Origin: Lingula anatina
Lineage: Eukaryota > Animalia > Brachiopoda
Reading direction: 5' to 3'
Assembly (NCBI GenBank): GCA_051362555.1
Contig: CM120640.1
Coordinates: 62,722,788-62,786,787, forward strand
DNA: 64,000 nt
The position numbers were made by a program, and so were the translations under genes. Under the pieces are notes generated by a model that saw nothing but the letters and a program-made list of their open reading frames with translations, made no database searches and was not told where the DNA came from. Positions 1 through 12,015 of the stretch are shown here, piece after piece. The first letter of the stretch is position 1. Each line of letters opens with the position of its first letter.

Positions 1-1
1 T

Positions 2-3000
2 GCTCTGTTGAGTGACAAAGCAAAACATCCACGTTTTCTTCGAGTTATTGGTTCTGACGTTGCGCAAGCCCAAGCGATGGTGGACATTGTTAAAACCATG
101 AACTGGACATACGTGACCACAGTGTTTTCTGACTCGCCGTATGGTCGTTCAGGAATGAAACAGTTTTTAAAACTCGCAAAGAAAGAAGGTATTTGTGTTG
201 CTACACAGGTGATGTTTGAAGAATATTTTGTCACTCAGCCACACGCGGTAGACAACATAATTCAATATATGATTGCAGGAGTTTTCCCAGAAGCTAATGT
301 TGTCGTAATGTTCGTATCCGAATCTCACGCACGTGCAATTTTAGAAGCGAAAGAACGATATCTAGGAAACAAGACGAATAAAGTGATATGGCTGGCGGCA
401 GATGCCTGGGGTCCGTATGAGTCGGTTCCGAGCGGCCTGGAAAAGATTGCTCGTGGAGCCATAACACTAGGTTTCCACACAGCCCCATCAGTGGAATTTG
501 GCCAGTATTTACGCAATCTAACATTGGCTTCAAACACAAGAAATGTGTGGTTCAATGAATTTTGGGAGCAACATTTCGAGTGCGATCTCTCCGGAATTGG
601 TAAATATGGCGTCGGTTGTTCCTCCAACTTGTCCCTCAATGCACACGACATTCAGCAGTACCAAGTGTCAGTTACAAATGTCGTCGATAGCGTGTACGTG
701 TACGCGAAAGCACTGGAAATGTTCTTGAAGGATGCCTGCCCAGAGACACCGGATCAGTTGTGCAGCGAAGCGGCTGCCAGCCTGGATAGGGTCTTCAGCT
801 ATATGAAAGGCTTGGAGTACAATGGGTCTTCTGGAATGAGAGTGGCATTCGATACGTTTGGCGATGGGGTGCCTAGATATGACGTGTTTAATTACCAAAA
901 AGTAGGAGAGAATACCCATGGTTATAAAAAGGTGAGTACACGATAAATAACTCGTTGCGTATACACGTGCAACGCATAGCAAAACACTCTCCAGTCAAAG
1001 CATAACTCATCCTTCGATTTTTGTTTTCTCGATGTTACCTATAAATCAATAATCCTGTTACGACGACCAGTTTGAGTTTCAAATGTTTACTCAATGTCAC
1101 TCTTTTTTTTCATACAAATGTAAGGGTATCTCTTCGTGCTGGCTATGCTTTTTACCTATTTTCTCTCCAGCACCTTTTGCGTGATCTAGAAATAAAATGT
1201 TTGACTACATTGAATGCAAAGAAAATTTAACAATGCAAATAGTAATAGAATAAACGAATAAATGAGTATTATTTAACTGTGTTTTCAGGTAGGGACTTGG
1301 ATCGACAGCGTGCTGGACTTGAATGTCGAGAAATTATATTCGTACAGAAACAACGACACCGCCCTTTCTATGGCTAGCGATGTCATCTCAGTGTGTAAGA
1401 AATCACCGTGTAAATGTTCCACTGTGGAGGTAATGGACATGCCTTTCACAGAGCAATACACGGAGTTCACACTGTTAGGATACTTCCCGCTTCATGCCCA
1501 AGGTCGTGGGGATCTGCCCTGTGGAGAAATTCAGCTTGGTATGTACCAGCAGCTTTTAGCTTTCTACTACGCCATCGATCAGATCAACAAGAATGCTACC
1601 ATAATGCCTGGTGCCAAAGTAGGGTATATGGTATGGGATACGTGTTCCTCTCCTGCCCACGGCGAGTTTGTATTTGAGGGGTTTGACTTGAATCTCCGTT
1701 TATACAATCAGCCCCCGGATATTCCAATATTGACCCAAGTCCTGGCAATGATTGGAGGTTACCAAAGTGACGTCACAGCCTCAATCAGCTATGCAAACCA
1801 GCGCGGATATCATCTCGTACAGGTGATTTTACTCTCGTTTTTTATTTATTTTATTTTATTTCATTTTATTTATTTATTTCCTATCTCCCGAAAAGCATTT
1901 TCGTTTTAGTTTATTTGTAATTTTGGTGGAAGTGTAAGACTTAAACAGCAACATGAAGAGTCGTTTTCCATACAATGGTGGTTTAAAATACTCAAATAGG
2001 TACTTGTTCATTGGTTTTTCTTTCGATTCAGATCAGCCCATCAGCATCGGCAGTGGAGCTCGGTAACAGGACCAGCCACCCCAGATTCCTGAGAACTGTT
2101 CCCCCAGATACCGCTATGATGGAGGCTATGGTGGAACTGTTGCGCGATTTCGGATGGACTTACATATCTATCGTATACTCTAACAGTAGTGCTAGCCGCG
2201 CCAAATTTAACACATTTAAGGGTGTTTTAACCAGAAACGGCATTTGCATTGCTGTTGTCCAGATGATTGATCCCAATTTTATGTCAGATGCTCAGTATGA
2301 TAGAATAATACAAAATCTCACCACCTACAACGGGGCTGTTGGGGTCGCCATCTTTGCGAACGAAAATGAAATACGCCAACTACTCCTCTCGGGGAAAAGG
2401 CAGAACTCTGCAGGGCGGTTTGTCTGGCTTAGCGGCGATGACTGGGGTAAAAACCTCAAAATTGTTGATGGAGTAAATGAAATAGCCAGGGGATCATTCA
2501 CATTGATGCCTGATTCGGGAGCCGATGCTACATTTGACAGATACATTGAAAACTTAACAGTGAATAGCTTTCCACGCGATCCCTGGTTTAAGGAATTTTG
2601 GGAGGAACATTTTCAGTGTAGTCTACAGTATGGTGGGAAGTATGACAAGGCATGTACTGGCGCGGAAACTTTCAAAGTAAAACCCCTGCTGCAGCATTCA
2701 TACACAACCAGCACCATTAATGCCGTTTATGCGTATGCTCTGGGACTGACTAATATGTACATGAAGAAGTGTGGTCGGGTAGATCTCTTCTATTGCATAG
2801 ATAAAATCCCGGGTCTTGACAAAGATGTAAAAGCATTGTATGATGAGATACGGCAGCTTAGGTACACAGGTGCTGACGGACGTTCTTTCTATTTTACTGG
2901 AAATGGTGACGGAGCTCTCCGGTATAAAGTGTTAAACTACCAGCCAGGCAGAGAGTCGGATTATGTCGAGGTAAAGTAACTTCTTCTTCGGTTGATTTTA

Positions 3001-4356
3001 TTGATTCATTTTGGTCATTGTAACCATATTTGTAGATTGTTAATTCATGACGTAGCAAATGTTGGGAAACTTTGAAACGATTTTGCTACCCAGACCGTAC
3101 AGTCATGTCCTATGTTCAGAACCACATGTCCTTCATCAATGCGAATCACTGGCGATAACGATTTTCTAATTGACAAATAAATTGGGTTAATTCTGCTTCA
3201 TGAATTTCCTTTCCCTTTCAAAATTTTTATATAAAATCGTTTTAGGTTGGTTACTGGGAGAACGGAGAGCTCACTTTGAATTTCTCAGCGTTTAAGATGT
3301 ACGACGAAAAGGGGAACAGCATTCGCCCCAAGTCACGGTGTCCCGGGACGTGCACCCACTGCATCTACCAGAGACCAGAGATCGACACCACCAGAGTGCC
3401 GCTCAAGTTTGAAGAACATCGTAGCATATGGGGCGTGGTCGTCATAACAGTGACGGTCCTCGGCGTGGTATTTGCTTTCATCATTATGATTTTCTTTATA
3501 TTCAACCACAATCACCCAGTAGTCGCCGGGGCCACCTCGTCGTTGAGTTTTATTCTTCTCCTTGGAATTATTTTGCTGTATTTGTTGAATTTTGCCATCA
3601 TGTTTTCCGATGTTTGGGCAACGTGTGGAATTAAGCGTTTTGGCCTAGGCTTCTTTTATACGCTCATCTTCACGGCATTGCTGATGAAAATTATACGTAT
3701 TCGTCGCATATTTAACAAAGCGAACGTTTCCATGAAGCCCTCGTTTGTAGGGGGTCCCAGCAACAGTTTGGCTGCGTGTATTCTTTTGTTGATCGAACTT
3801 GTGCTGGTGATAGAATGGCTGGTGCTGCAACCACCCAATATTGAACTTCATCTAGACAACGTGAGCACGGACCCAGACTACCCGCTATACGATATTGACT
3901 GGCGGTGCACGCACAGCAAGGAATCTCTCGTCATCTCCCTGGTTTACGTGTATCTGTTGATCCTAGCGACGCTCATTGTGGGTTTCAATGCGTGTAAAGC
4001 AGGGGACTTCCAGAGAGAATCCCTCTGTATCCTTCTCTCAACAATTGGGACAATCCTCATCGTTGTTGCTTGGCTTTGTGTGTACATGCTGATGCCGCGA
4101 GAATGGGAGAAGCCAGCAGTTTGTATAGGTATCACAGCTAATGCAACCCTGATATTGTGTGTAATGTTCACACCCAAGATGCTGGTGATGACGTCGGGCC
4201 AGACGGCCACACCCAAGGGAACGAGGTCCACCAGTAGCTTGGAGTATGATGCAACTTACATAGCCAGCAGGGACAGCCGAGATGTCGGTAGGTTCTTTGT
4301 GTGAACAGATAATTTAATATATAGTATGTGATACAAATACACAGTGTAAAATGCAT

Positions 4357-4399
<43 letters not shown>

Positions 4400-6096
4400 T
4401 AATGAAATTATGCTTTAAAATGTTTGCCTTTATTTCAACTGGGTTAGTAATTTTTTTGCACAGGATGGTTAAAGTTTTACATTTAGGAGAAGTTATCTTA
4501 TTTTTATCATATTATTTGGGGATCTGATTTTTTACTTACATGGTAGACCTGCATGGAATCTCTCTTTTTTCTATCACGTTAACGTACGTTTGCTTCATAA
4601 AACATTTGCAATTCATTTGCATTTGCATGAGTACTGGCTTAATTTTGATAAAATATTATCTATAGAAGTTGAGCTTGCATCTTTATTCTGTTTGGTACTT
4701 AATTCATAACAGCTGCTTACTGGCCAAAATATCTAGCAGGTAAGGATTTTTTACGGTGACGGTTTAGGTGTTTTTTTTTCTTTTTGCTTCTTGGTTTTGA
4801 AACTGTCTTTCTTTATATATAACTCTGGTTATATCTTCTGTTTAGCTGTCTTTGTGAACGTTTATTAAAATCGTTTCTGTGTGTACTTTTTTGTTGAAAT
4901 TCAAGTATTTCTTGCACTAATGAAGGTAAGTATCTCACTGTATTGTGTCTTTCTTTCTGAACCGTCTTGCTTTCACCCTTTACTCCAGGCCAAGTGACAC
5001 TTTGGAAGAAAGTCCAGGATTTTTGGAAGAAGATGTAGACAGGTTATCTTATTTAGCTGTAACATTTTGTTTACAGAATTTCATTTGCTATTTCCGTCCT
5101 CTGGGGCTACACTACAGCTTCAAAATACTCAGCCGTCTTGATTTGCTTGCTGCGACCCTAAAGTGAACCCTTAAGCCCTAGAACTGCTGTCTGGCCTATA
5201 TATTATTGTGTTCCATTTAAAAAATTATTCATAACTATATTTTCCTACTTTTTGGTGACAGTACTAAACATATTACAGTAAAGGAAATGAACCGACAAGG
5301 AGAACCCGCATATCCCTGAAGCCATAGATCAATCTTTTACTGCATGCTTCGCTTTTTTCCTTCGCTTGCGTTTTATTAATTTCCTGGGTGCATTTTGTTA
5401 TTCTGTTACTTTTAGGATTTGGATGAATTTCAGTTGTTTACTTTTTAAGTGGGTCTTGTAGGCATGACAAACAGAAGTTATGAAGATGACTCTGATTTGG
5501 TGAACCCACGGTATACCGGCCGCTCTAATGTGAGCAGTAGCATAGGTGGACCTAAACCCGTAGCCTCATTTTAGTTGAAGTAAGTTTTTGGTTATAAATG
5601 TCCACAGGAAAAAGCCCTCTATAGAATTAAAAAATATATCTGCAACTACACACTGTATATATGAACCATTGCATTCCGTGAACTACGGCTCCTAGAGTAA
5701 TTGAAAATGGTTCTTTCTTTCAAAAGTCAAGTAAGCACAGACATATACAGGCTGATTAAATACCAGCATGCGAGTGAATGTCTGATGAAAGTCTGTAGAG
5801 ATTTTCGAATAAATTTCCTGTCGTGTAGACCCCTATCGTGTATTCGGCTTTAGCTAGAAAATCAATTGGCATGCCCTGTCAGTGATTCTGAAACTGGCAA
5901 TATTATCCATATTACATATCAGAACCATATTAAGTACAATTTTCTGCATTCATATGTCATGAGGCGTGTTTGCTGTTGTTTTCTTTTTTTATTGCTTTTT
6001 TCTTTTATAGGTTATCTAAACCGAACAATCTACGGAGATTCCTTAGAAGTGCAGCAAATAGATACTGAGATTAATTCCTCCAGCACTCCCTTATAG
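2..6096 (+). CDS. Class C GPCR (mGluR/CaSR-like orphan) with tandem Venus-flytrap (ANF-receptor) domains and 7TM_3; 5' end lies outside the window. Exons <2-931, 1289-1822, 2032-2970, 3246-4287, terminal exon 6011-6096 (alternatives 5462-5574, 4989-5038)
   Basis: Flytrap motifs occur twice (LSDKAKHPRFLRV..WTYV..RNVWFNEFWEQHFEC and LGNRTSHPRFLRTVPPD..GWTYI..RDPWFKEFWEEHFQC). A flytrap N-terminus lies between them (LGYFPLH..CG..AIDQINKN..PG..VGY.VWDTC). Seven hydrophobic helices follow, with class C motifs CGIKRF..ALLMKIIRIRRIF, EWLVLQPP and FTPK. GT-AG introns keep frame (phases 0,0,0,1). Confidence 0.93.
4359..4396. repeat. (AT)n microsatellite in a GPCR intron
   Basis: About 19 perfect AT units. 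Confidence 0.95.
5462..5574 (+). CDS. Candidate alternative terminal exon of the GPCR (GMTNRSYEDDSDLVNPRY...PKPVASF*)
   Basis: CTTGTAG acceptor; phase 1 matches the donor after 4287; 37 open codons of S/T/D-rich tail-like sequence in otherwise AT-rich DNA. Confidence 0.6.
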
Positions 6097-7674
6097 ACAC
6101 TCCAGTCACAGAGTATAGCAGATATGCGTTAGTCACAATCGGAATGAAAAACATACTGTTCCGAATAACAAGTTCACGTATAAAAACGCTTACGTCTCAA
6201 GTATTTATTGCTTTTGTTATTTGTGAAGAAAAACAGCGTTGATGATGTTTGATGTTGGGTTTCTTAATAAATGATTGTAGTTAAAAAACATTTTGATAAA
6301 AAGCAATGCATGGTCACAATCATGAAGGTATTTTTGAACATTTTATTATTTAAATTACATTTAGTTAGCAATTAATTTTTTCTTTAATCAAAGTCATGTG
6401 CCTTTGTCCAGATGTGTTGACTGAGGTATAGATTGCATATTAAAACAAATCATTGTCTGAATGACGTATATTAAGATGCATATTACGTTATTAGACATTG
6501 ACTGTGCTTAACACAGCATGCAATGTTGACTCGATGGTATTTGCGAGGTGGCGTGTATACGTACATGCTAGAATAAAAAGGGAACCGGCAAATGAAATGA
6601 GCTACACCTATTTTCAAGATAATGTTGCTAAGCCAGCTGCCTAAGATTTTTATAATCAGTTTATCACAGCAAATTGTATTTTAGCTTATATAAGAATGAG
6701 GATAATAAACTCTGAAATGGACAATTAATTCGATTTATGTTGTAAATCAAATGCATGGACTCAAAGAAAAGCGTTCATTGTATGTGTCTGTCTTATGTCA
6801 TAGACACCAACGCACAAGACACTCCAGTACGTCCCTTGCAACAGTCATAAGAGGTTTTCAACTTTAATACACATCTGTTCACTTTTAAATCATTTATTGC
6901 GTGATCAGAATACACCCCATTCAAAGAAGGATTTAGACTAGTCTGGCGAGACGAAACCCTCCAGTGCTTAAACTCTTTATATTATGTATTAAGAACTGCT
7001 ATGAGAGAAGACTAGCTTCTGTCAAAGCCAACACCTGTTGCTCTTTTTATTGTGATGGGAAATTTAAACGCATGCTCATTTTGTAGAAAAACGAGAACGA
7101 TCGAGGAACAACAGCATAGGAATTGTAGCGGTGAAAAGGACGTCAATGACATAAGACAGACATATTCATGCAATATACAACTATTATACTTTAAAATGAT
7201 TAATCATCACCTCATCCTCAGTTATTTCAATAGAAAGTCACCAAAAAGCCACACGACTTAGTTTTTATTGTTATTCATTTTTTCATAATGTTCTTAAGTT
7301 TCGCGACGCTCTTTTAAAGTTATCAAGTAATTCATGAACCCTAATGCATATTTGGCCATCCTTAGCACATTTCTTCGTATATTCTGATTTGTATGCCGCT
7401 TTGTAAACAATCTGTATACAAAGTAAGATGAATATCCATAATCTTTATCCTACTTTACTAATAATATAACCAACTCCATGTTTACAAATGATTTTTAATA
7501 ACTTGTAAATACACACATCCTGTTTCGGCATCTTTGAACGATGACTAAATAATAAAAGCACATACTGTGACTCAACGTTTACTGAAATTAGTAATGGTAT
7601 GACATAATGATTTCAACAGCTGCAAGTTATTTTAACATTAATTTTTTGGATTTATAAACAAGCCAGATGCCTAA

Positions 7675-7889
7675 GAGTGCATTCCCATAGATTTAGATCG
7701 ATCCATCTAGATCGACCTAACTCCCTGGAGGTTCTCGCTAAATTGCTATCAGCCGAGCGCACACGGTAGTTTATTACCCCCTTACAGCTTTTAGTAGGCA
7801 GGACAGACATTTAAGCTTGCTAAGCTGACAGTAACCTAGTGAGACTCCCCACAGGGATAGATCGATCTAAAATCTGTGGGAATGGGGTC
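7675..7889 (+). mobile_element. PIF/Harbinger (Tourist)-like MITE, copy 1
   Basis: Imperfect terminal inverted repeats (TIRs) GAGTGCATTCCCATAGATTTAGATCGATC / GATCGATCTAAAATCTGTGGGAATGGGGTC, flanked by TAA at 7672-7674 and 7890-7892. Homologous copy at 60650-60863. Confidence 0.85.
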
Positions 7890-7892
7890 TAA

Positions 7893-8127
7893 GACTGCAT
7901 TCCCAGAGATTTAGATTGATCCATCCGGATCGACCTAAATCCCTGGGGGTTCACACTTAATGTCTGTCACGCCTAGTAAAGCTGTTAGGGGGTAATTATC
8001 TTTACCCTAGCTGATTCGGTAGGCGTGACAGACATTTAAGCCTCTTGAGCTGACAGCAATTTAGCGTGAACCCCCAGGGAGTTAGGTCGATCCAGATGGA
8101 TCGATCTAAATCTGTAGGAATGCAGTC
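7893..8127. mobile_element. Same MITE family, rearranged near-palindromic copy 2, directly abutting copy 1
   Basis: About 60-bp inverted termini (GACTGCATTCC..GATCGACCTAA.TCCCTGGGGGTTCAC), an internal inverted pair AATGTCTGTCACGCCTA/TAGGCGTGACAGACATT, and TAA on both sides (7890-7892, 8128-8130). Confidence 0.85.
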
Positions 8128-8275
8128 TAAGATATTCTGCGCAGTAACATAAGTGACTAATACGCATTATCTGCAGAACCATTTATATATCATATTGACT
8201 CGCGCATCATGAATTTTTATAGATTGTTGGAAACTAACTCCTCAGGTTCCAGTTGTCTAAAAAGACAAAGCAGTC

Positions 8276-8443
8276 CAGGGGCGGATTTAGGCTGTCTTCT
8301 GGGTCTTCTGGAAGACGGTCAGATTTTCAAGTTTACATTGTCAGCCATCTAATGTTTTCTGTCGGAAGACGGTCAAAAATGAAAGATGGATCAACAAAGA
8401 TAATTTGGAAGACTGTCAGAAAATATCTCTGAATCCGCCCCTG
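8276..8443. mobile_element. 168-bp non-autonomous DNA transposon with CAGGGGCGGATT termini and 5-bp TSD (hAT5-like)
   Basis: TIR CAGGGGCGGATT...AATCCGCCCCTG; CAGTC duplicated at 8271-8275 and 8444-8448; internal GGAAGAC(G/T)GTCA occurs three times. Confidence 0.8.
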
Positions 8444-9599
8444 CAGTCTACTGTATTTCTCCATTATTTGCTTGACCGTCAGCTTTTTAGGTTATCTATG
8501 AAAGCAAGATTTCTTCCGGCTGGAACAAAACTCAAGGTAAAAATTACCTCCACTACCAGTATGTCTGTGCAGTGACTGAGATAGACATGCTGACAGTGGA
8601 AATCAGTTTTTAATCTCTATAATTTGGGGTGATTTCACAAGATTTGTGTCCACATTTGAGCAAAACATATTTTGACATTTCATTCCTCCAAGAACGAGGA
8701 TAAGTTCTAAATAGCAAATTTAATTATGCTATTGGCATTTTCAAAATTTTAAAATAATCTCATAGTTATCAAACTAGGGTTAAAACTTTGTCACATCAAG
8801 CTGATATGGGATTGGGGGAAATAAATGAAAACTTTTGAAAGCATCATTAACCTATAGACCTACTATGACACGATTTTCACACATAAATGCTACAGGAGCA
8901 ATAATACTGGAATAATTAGGCGACCAAATAATACAGTACAAGCACACCATATGGTAAGGATGTGAATGTCTTCATCCTCAGACAATAATGCAAAGCTACA
9001 AATGGTGCATGAATAATAACTATTTGCAACTGCACTAAATATTCAATATAATTTTTTTTTACCTATTTAATATCTGTTTTCATAACAAATGTATAACATT
9101 CAGGAAACAAATCGGATTACTAACTACAACAGTTCATCTTGTATCTGGTAAACACATAAAATAAGCAAAAACATTTTCAGTGATTTTCATTGATGGCATT
9201 TCATTTAGATTTCATGAAATATTTCCTCATTAAGTAGACCACTGCAAAATGGAAACTTTCAACTTAACATCAACTTTCAATCAAAACAGTCTGAAATCAA
9301 TGAACATGTGACAAAGAAACGCCCGCAGAAAAAAAAGTGAAAAGAATTTTAAAGAGTTTTGACTCCAATTTTAAATGAGACTTATGAATTGCATAAATCT
9401 ATAGAAATGTCTTAATATGTTGGCTATATGAAATTCACAAAACATCCTTTAAAATTTTATATGCAAATAAAAGCAGTTTTATATCACAAATCCACAACAT
9501 ATATTTCTGATATAACCTATACCACCAAGAAACAAATATTACAACAATGAATGAGATTCACAAAATACTATTTGATTCTCTACATCATAGTGCTACTGT

Positions 9600-12015
9600 T
9601 CAAAACTTTGGCTGTGCACACCAGGAAATGTTTCCTCCAACTTTGGACTCCAGCACCCTGTGCAACTTCACCTTCAGCAAAGAAGGAAACTGCAGTGTTA
9701 CATTTCCAGCTTGCCGCAATCCCATGCAGGTTCCATCCTCTGCCGAAGGGTGACAGTAGTTACTGTAGCCATGGTATTCAATCACTGTCTTCATCACTTG
9801 CTGAAAGGGGACATGCAGCCTGTAATCTACAGTAAGCATCAGCTGGAACAGCCGAGGACACTTAGAGAGAAGTTCACTGATCCCGCTCTCTGTGATCAAA
9901 AGATTCTTGGTAATGTTCAGGAATTCGAGTGACTTCCCATACTCTGCTATAGCAAACAAGGCTTTGTCTGTCAACTGCAGGGAGGAGGTTGAGGAACCTG
10001 ATATGTCTAAATACTGGAGCTTTTCACAATTTTCTGCCAATGTTGCTATGGCAACATCAGTTACCAGGTGACACCCTCTCAGTAAGAGAATCTGCAGCTC
10101 TCGGCAGTGTTTTGCAATCTCTATCACTGAATGATTGTCAATCTTGGAGCACAAACTTAGGTCTAAATGTCTAAACTGAAAGGCATGTCTTGGTTCAACA
10201 TGAGAGTGTGTGCTTCGCATTTCAGCAAGCTGAGTTTCACTTGAGCATGATGCTTCACAAACTATGTCCATACTAGTTATCATATCATTACAACCAGCTT
10301 GACTGTGACTAAATGCAGCAACATCATTCTGAGCATAGACATCTTTAAAACTTACTGTATCCAGATAATGCAGAGTTGCCAGTTCAAGGTGCTTTAAGAG
10401 GGGGCAACTGATCATGAGTAGGTTGATGCCTTCAGATTTCAGCTGAACACATTCTGAAGCTGTGAAGACTTTGAGATTCTTGCAGCACCTAGACAGGGCA
10501 TGAAGGGAAGCATCAGTCAGAGCTAAACAACCACTCACACTCAGATGTTCCAAGCCAGAACAGCACTCGGCAAGAGAAATGATCCCAGCATCAGTCACAC
10601 ATGAACATCGACAAATTTCTACATGTTTAAGATCAGGGCAGTTCTGGCTGATTGCAGTGAGGCCATGATCTGTAATACTTGCTTCAGTTGGCCACACATA
10701 TTCTCTGTCTGTACAAATCCTTAGTTCTTCCAGTTTAGAGCAGTGGAGTCCGACGTAGACATAACCCATGTCAGTAATGTACTTGCATCCGCATACACTC
10801 AGTTTCTGTAACTCTTTGCAATTCTCTGTTATGCTCTTCATGCCGCTGTCCTTTACATCAGTGTGACAAATATCTAGGTCCAGTAGATTTGGAAAATATT
10901 GAAATCCTTGCTCGAATCCTTCATCTGTCAGTCCTGTAAAATTGTGCAGATATTGAAAATAAATATTTTAACTCATATGAAAATAATGCACTTATCTCAT
11001 AAAATATGCTGCAACAAAATGTTTTGTCACATCTTGCCGTCTGAATCATCACAATGTAGTTAAGTACATATACCTATCAATAATAAAGGGCAGACGGTAA
11101 AACATTCATATTCTTGAATTTTATTAAGCATGAAATAACAGTACATTGGAGACCACTTGAAAAGTGTATATTAACGGGAAAAGGAAATAAGAGCCTCCTC
11201 AAAAAAGGAAGATTTCCTTTTAATAATTACTTTTCTTAGATTGAAAAAAAACCTTTATGTAGAATCACTACCATTTCTCAAAAGGATAAAAATTAATGTT
11301 TACCTGTGCACAGGGGGATATGCAACTTGGTCACATTAACACAATTTTTTGCCATCTCAATGAAAATGCGATCTTTTAATCGCCTATGGGAACTCAGTGT
11401 CAAGGCTGTCAATTGTGAACATTGAAGAGGTAGCTGCACAATCCCATTCCTTTCTTCTTGTTCAAAATTTTCTTCTGTGCTTTCTTCATCCAGTAATACT
11501 CCAAGCATGGTATCCCCCGATGCTAAAGATAAAGTCTGAAGCTGCTTTAAGTTCTGAAGTGCTCTGTGAAGATTTCCAGGCACTTCATAGCACCCTGGTT
11601 CTGGTTTCTGGAGCTTGTCACACCCTATCAGTGATATGCCTTTAAGTCCCTTAAATTGTGTTATTACTAGTTGGAGTCCACTGAAAGTGATGTTGGTGAA
11701 ATTGAAGTTTACCGAACGCAGCCTTGGACATTTTATGCCACCCTGCAAAAAAGCTCTGTCTGTCAAATATTTGCAACCTTCAAAATTGATTTCTTCTACA
11801 TGGTCGGCTATGAATGGTAGCATGGAAAGATATTTCTCATCAGTCATAAAATAACACAAATGCTGAAGATCTAGAATTTTCCACAAACTGGAATCATAAC
11901 TTAGTCGATGCCAGGTTTTGCATACTTTTCTTGCTCCGAGGCACAGTTCATCCAAACGTAGGTACCGAAATACCATTAATAAAATGGACTCAGGCAAACA
12001 CAAGTAAGAAGCCAT
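9600..12015 (-). CDS. F-box/leucine-rich-repeat protein (FBXL, cysteine-containing LRRs), about 681 aa; exons 12015-11304 and 10933-9600
   Basis: N-terminal F-box (LPESILLMVFRYL..L...ARKVCKTWHRL..DSSLWK.LDL) followed by many LRR_CC repeats (L..L..S.C..ITD.G). Phase-1 intron G|GTAAAC..TTTACAG joins the two ORFs in frame. Confidence 0.92.

Noticed and set aside
7675-8127. CRISPR-like or tRNA/SINE interpretation of the GATCGATC-rich repeats
   Set aside because: There is no repeat-spacer periodicity and no A/B boxes; TIRs plus TAA TSDs explain them as MITEs. The sequence is eukaryotic.
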